Positions 30,337 to 32,000 of a DNA stretch of 32,000 bases are shown one piece after another. The notes under the pieces were generated by a model. The model was given only the letters and a program-made list of their open reading frames with translations. It did not search any database and was not told the DNA's origin. The position numbers and the translations under genes were made by a program. This stretch comes from Candidatus Nanoarchaeia archaeon (GTDB taxonomy: Archaea; Nanobdellota; Nanobdellia; Woesearchaeales; JANQNC01). The stretch spans positions 720,001 to 752,000 of the forward strand of contig JANQNC010000001.1 in NCBI GenBank assembly GCA_028279745.1. The letters are read 5' to 3'. Position 1 is the first letter of the stretch. Each line of letters opens with the position of its first letter.

Positions 30337-31413
30337 ATGGATACAGACAAAAAAATCGAGCTAATCAAACAAGTTGGAGAAGAAATAATAACAGAAGAAG
30401 ATTTACGTAAATTATTAGATGAAAAGAAAAATCCAATAGCTTATGATGGGTTTGAACCCTCAGGAAAGATCCACATAGCACAAGGAATCCTTCGTTCAAT
30501 TAATATTAACAAGATGACTTCTGCAGGATGCAAGTTCAAATTATGGGTTGCAGACTGGTTCGCACTAATGAACAACAAGATGGGTGGAGATCTTGAAAAA
30601 ATTAAAATTACTGGAGAATACTTCACAGAAGTATGGAAAGCATCAGGAATGGACATGGACAATGTGGAGTTCTTATGGGCATCAGACGTAATGGACGATA
30701 AAGAATACTGGAAAAAAGTCATAGAAATAGGTCGTAAGAATACTGTAAAAAGAATTACAAGATGCTCACAAATAATGGGAAGATCAGAAGATGAAAGTTT
30801 AAGTGGAGCACAAATATTCTATCCTTGCATGCAAGCAGCAGATATATTTCACCTAGAAGCAGATATTGCGCAGTTAGGAATGGATCAAAGGAAAGTGAAT
30901 ATGCTTGCAAGAGAAGTAGGTGACAAACTATTCGGATACAAACCCGTAGCAGTACACCACCACATGTTAATGGGGTTAGGGCAGCCTCCTGAGAGTGACT
31001 TGAAGGGTGCAGATAGAGGGATAGCAATGAAGATGTCAAAAAGCGTTCCCGACAGCGCATTATTTATGACAGATAGCGAAGATGATATCAAAAGAAAGAT
31101 GAAAAAAGCATACTGTCCTGAGAAAGAAATTAATGAAAATCCAATATTAGAATATGCAAAATATTTGGTATTTGAAAAATTTGATAGTTTCAAGATTGAG
31201 AGAGATGAAAAATTTGGTGGAGATGTGGAGTTCAAAAGTTATGGTGAGCTAGAAGAAGCTTATGGTAAAGGGGAGTTGCACCCGATGGACCTAAAAGCGG
31301 GTGTTGGGAACTATTGTAATGAAATGATCAAACCAATAAGAGAACACTTTGAAAAGAATTCTAAAGCAAAAGAGTTATTAGAACAGGTAAAAAGCTTTGA
31401 AGTGACACGTTAG
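30337..31413 (+). CDS. tyrS: Tyrosine--tRNA ligase (archaeal type)
   Basis: The protein contains YDGFEPSGKIHIAQG (HIGH region), KMSKS, and the C-terminus KKAYCPEKEINENPILEYAKYL...KFGGDVEFKSYGELEEAYGKGELHPMDLK. The C-terminus closely parallels the Methanocaldococcus TyrRS sequence as I recall it. I chose the ATG at 30337, with GAGGT 5 nt upstream, over the GTG at 30304, which abuts the TATA box. Confidence 0.9.
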   Translation: MDTDKKIELIKQVGEEIITEEDLRKLLDEKKNPIAYDGFEPSGKIHIAQGILRSININKMTSAGCKFKLWVADWFALMNNKMGGDLEKIKITGEYFTEVWKASGMDMDNVEFLWASDVMDDKEYWKKVIEIGRKNTVKRITRCSQIMGRSEDESLSGAQIFYPCMQAADIFHLEADIAQLGMDQRKVNMLAREVGDKLFGYKPVAVHHHMLMGLGQPPESDLKGADRGIAMKMSKSVPDSALFMTDSEDDIKRKMKKAYCPEKEINENPILEYAKYLVFEKFDSFKIERDEKFGGDVEFKSYGELEEAYGKGELHPMDLKAGVGNYCNEMIKPIREHFEKNSKAKELLEQVKSFEVTR

Positions 31414-32000
31414 AAATACTTGTTTAGTTCTAGGAGAGATTTAATTTTGTAATCAACATTACTTTTAATTTCTTCATCAGAAGACTCAATAATATCAACT
31501 GTTGTGTCTTTCACACCCGTAAGATCAACAAGAACTGTTTTTGTCCCTATTTTTTTCCCAGGAATCAAGTCTTTGTAAACATTATTACCTACAACAACTG
31601 TTTCTTCTGAGGTTGTGTTCCAATCCTTAATTATCTCTTGATATGGTAAAGAGGAAGGCTTAGCTTTAGCAAACATCTGAGAAGAATAAGCTTTCTTAAA
31701 AAAATCCTTAATACCTAAACAATCTAAAACATTATTGACAGAATCTATAGACGAACCAGAAAGAACAACCAATTCATGCTTCTTACTGAAATCAGAAAGA
31801 AAATCAGCCAACTCTTTATCCTCCCCAATAATGCCCTCTGCTCGGACTGCATTCAAAGTTGCATAAAAATCATCCTTAGAAAAACCTAAAGCAACATAAG
31901 TATAAGTGGATGAGGCTTTCTCACCGTTTGCAGCGAGATCTAACTTAGTCTGATTATACTTATTAAGAGCCTCATCAAAACTAAGATTAAACTTATCTGC
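31410..32000 (-). CDS. HAD-superfamily hydrolase, with the N-terminus outside the window
   Basis: The C-terminal HAD motifs are VVLSGSS..., AKAKPSSLPY (motif III Lys) and VVVGNNVYKDLIPGKKIG (motif IV). My manual translation shows the minus-strand frame stays open from 31857 to the window edge at 32000 (ADKFNLSFDEALNKYNQTKLDLAANGEK...). The TTG start in the ORF track is therefore probably not the true start. Confidence 0.7.
   Translation of the reverse strand, partial: ADKFNLSFDEALNKYNQTKLDLAANGEKASSTYTYVALGFSKDDFYATLNAVRAEGIIGEDKELADFLSDFSKKHELVVLSGSSIDSVNNVLDCLGIKDFFKKAYSSQMFAKAKPSSLPYQEIIKDWNTTSEETVVVGNNVYKDLIPGKKIGTKTVLVDLTGVKDTTVDIIESSDEEIKSNVDYKIKSLLELNKYF

Overview
This is an AT-rich, very tightly packed archaeal chromosome segment. 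The archaeal assignment rests on archaea/eukaryote-type ribosomal proteins (eS4, eL32, eL19, eL34, eL14) and on aSUI1, Rpp29, Pelota, RFC small subunit, two-subunit archaeal PheRS and a TrmB regulator. Coding strands are strongly A-rich, so plus-strand genes read as A-runs and minus-strand genes as T-runs. Many neighbouring genes overlap by ATGA or TAATG. The compaction, the missing nucleotide kinases and the many surface proteins suggest a streamlined, possibly host-associated (DPANN-like) archaeon. That lineage call is inference only.

Layout:
- nt 1-11189: canonical archaeal S3-to-L15 ribosomal-protein operon, then secY, a DUF106/YidC-like insertase, L34e and L14e. Many of these proteins carry Lys/Glu-rich low-complexity tails, and the adk and cmk genes that usually sit in this cluster are absent.
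- nt 11189-20938: polytopic membrane protein, pheT-pheS, a secreted LamG-domain protein, a TrmB regulator divergent from a bacterial-type pta-ackA pair, Pelota and a solitary PIN protein.
- nt 20999-27090: the most interesting part, a same-strand five-gene surface cluster with its own promoter and terminator. It encodes a protein with an archaeal type IV pilin-like (class III) signal peptide and three internal jelly-roll-like repeats. Next is a membrane-anchored protein with a C-terminal GH73-like N-acetylglucosaminidase (peptidoglycan hydrolase) domain, followed by three paralogous lipobox proteins. The two-domain module of those lipoproteins also seems to form the central region of the hydrolase protein.
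- nt 27121-32000: an all-coiled-coil protein coupled to RFC small subunit, Nudix hydrolase, PRC-barrel protein, TyrRS and a HAD hydrolase truncated by the window edge.

I found no rRNA, tRNA, CRISPR array, transposase or integrase.
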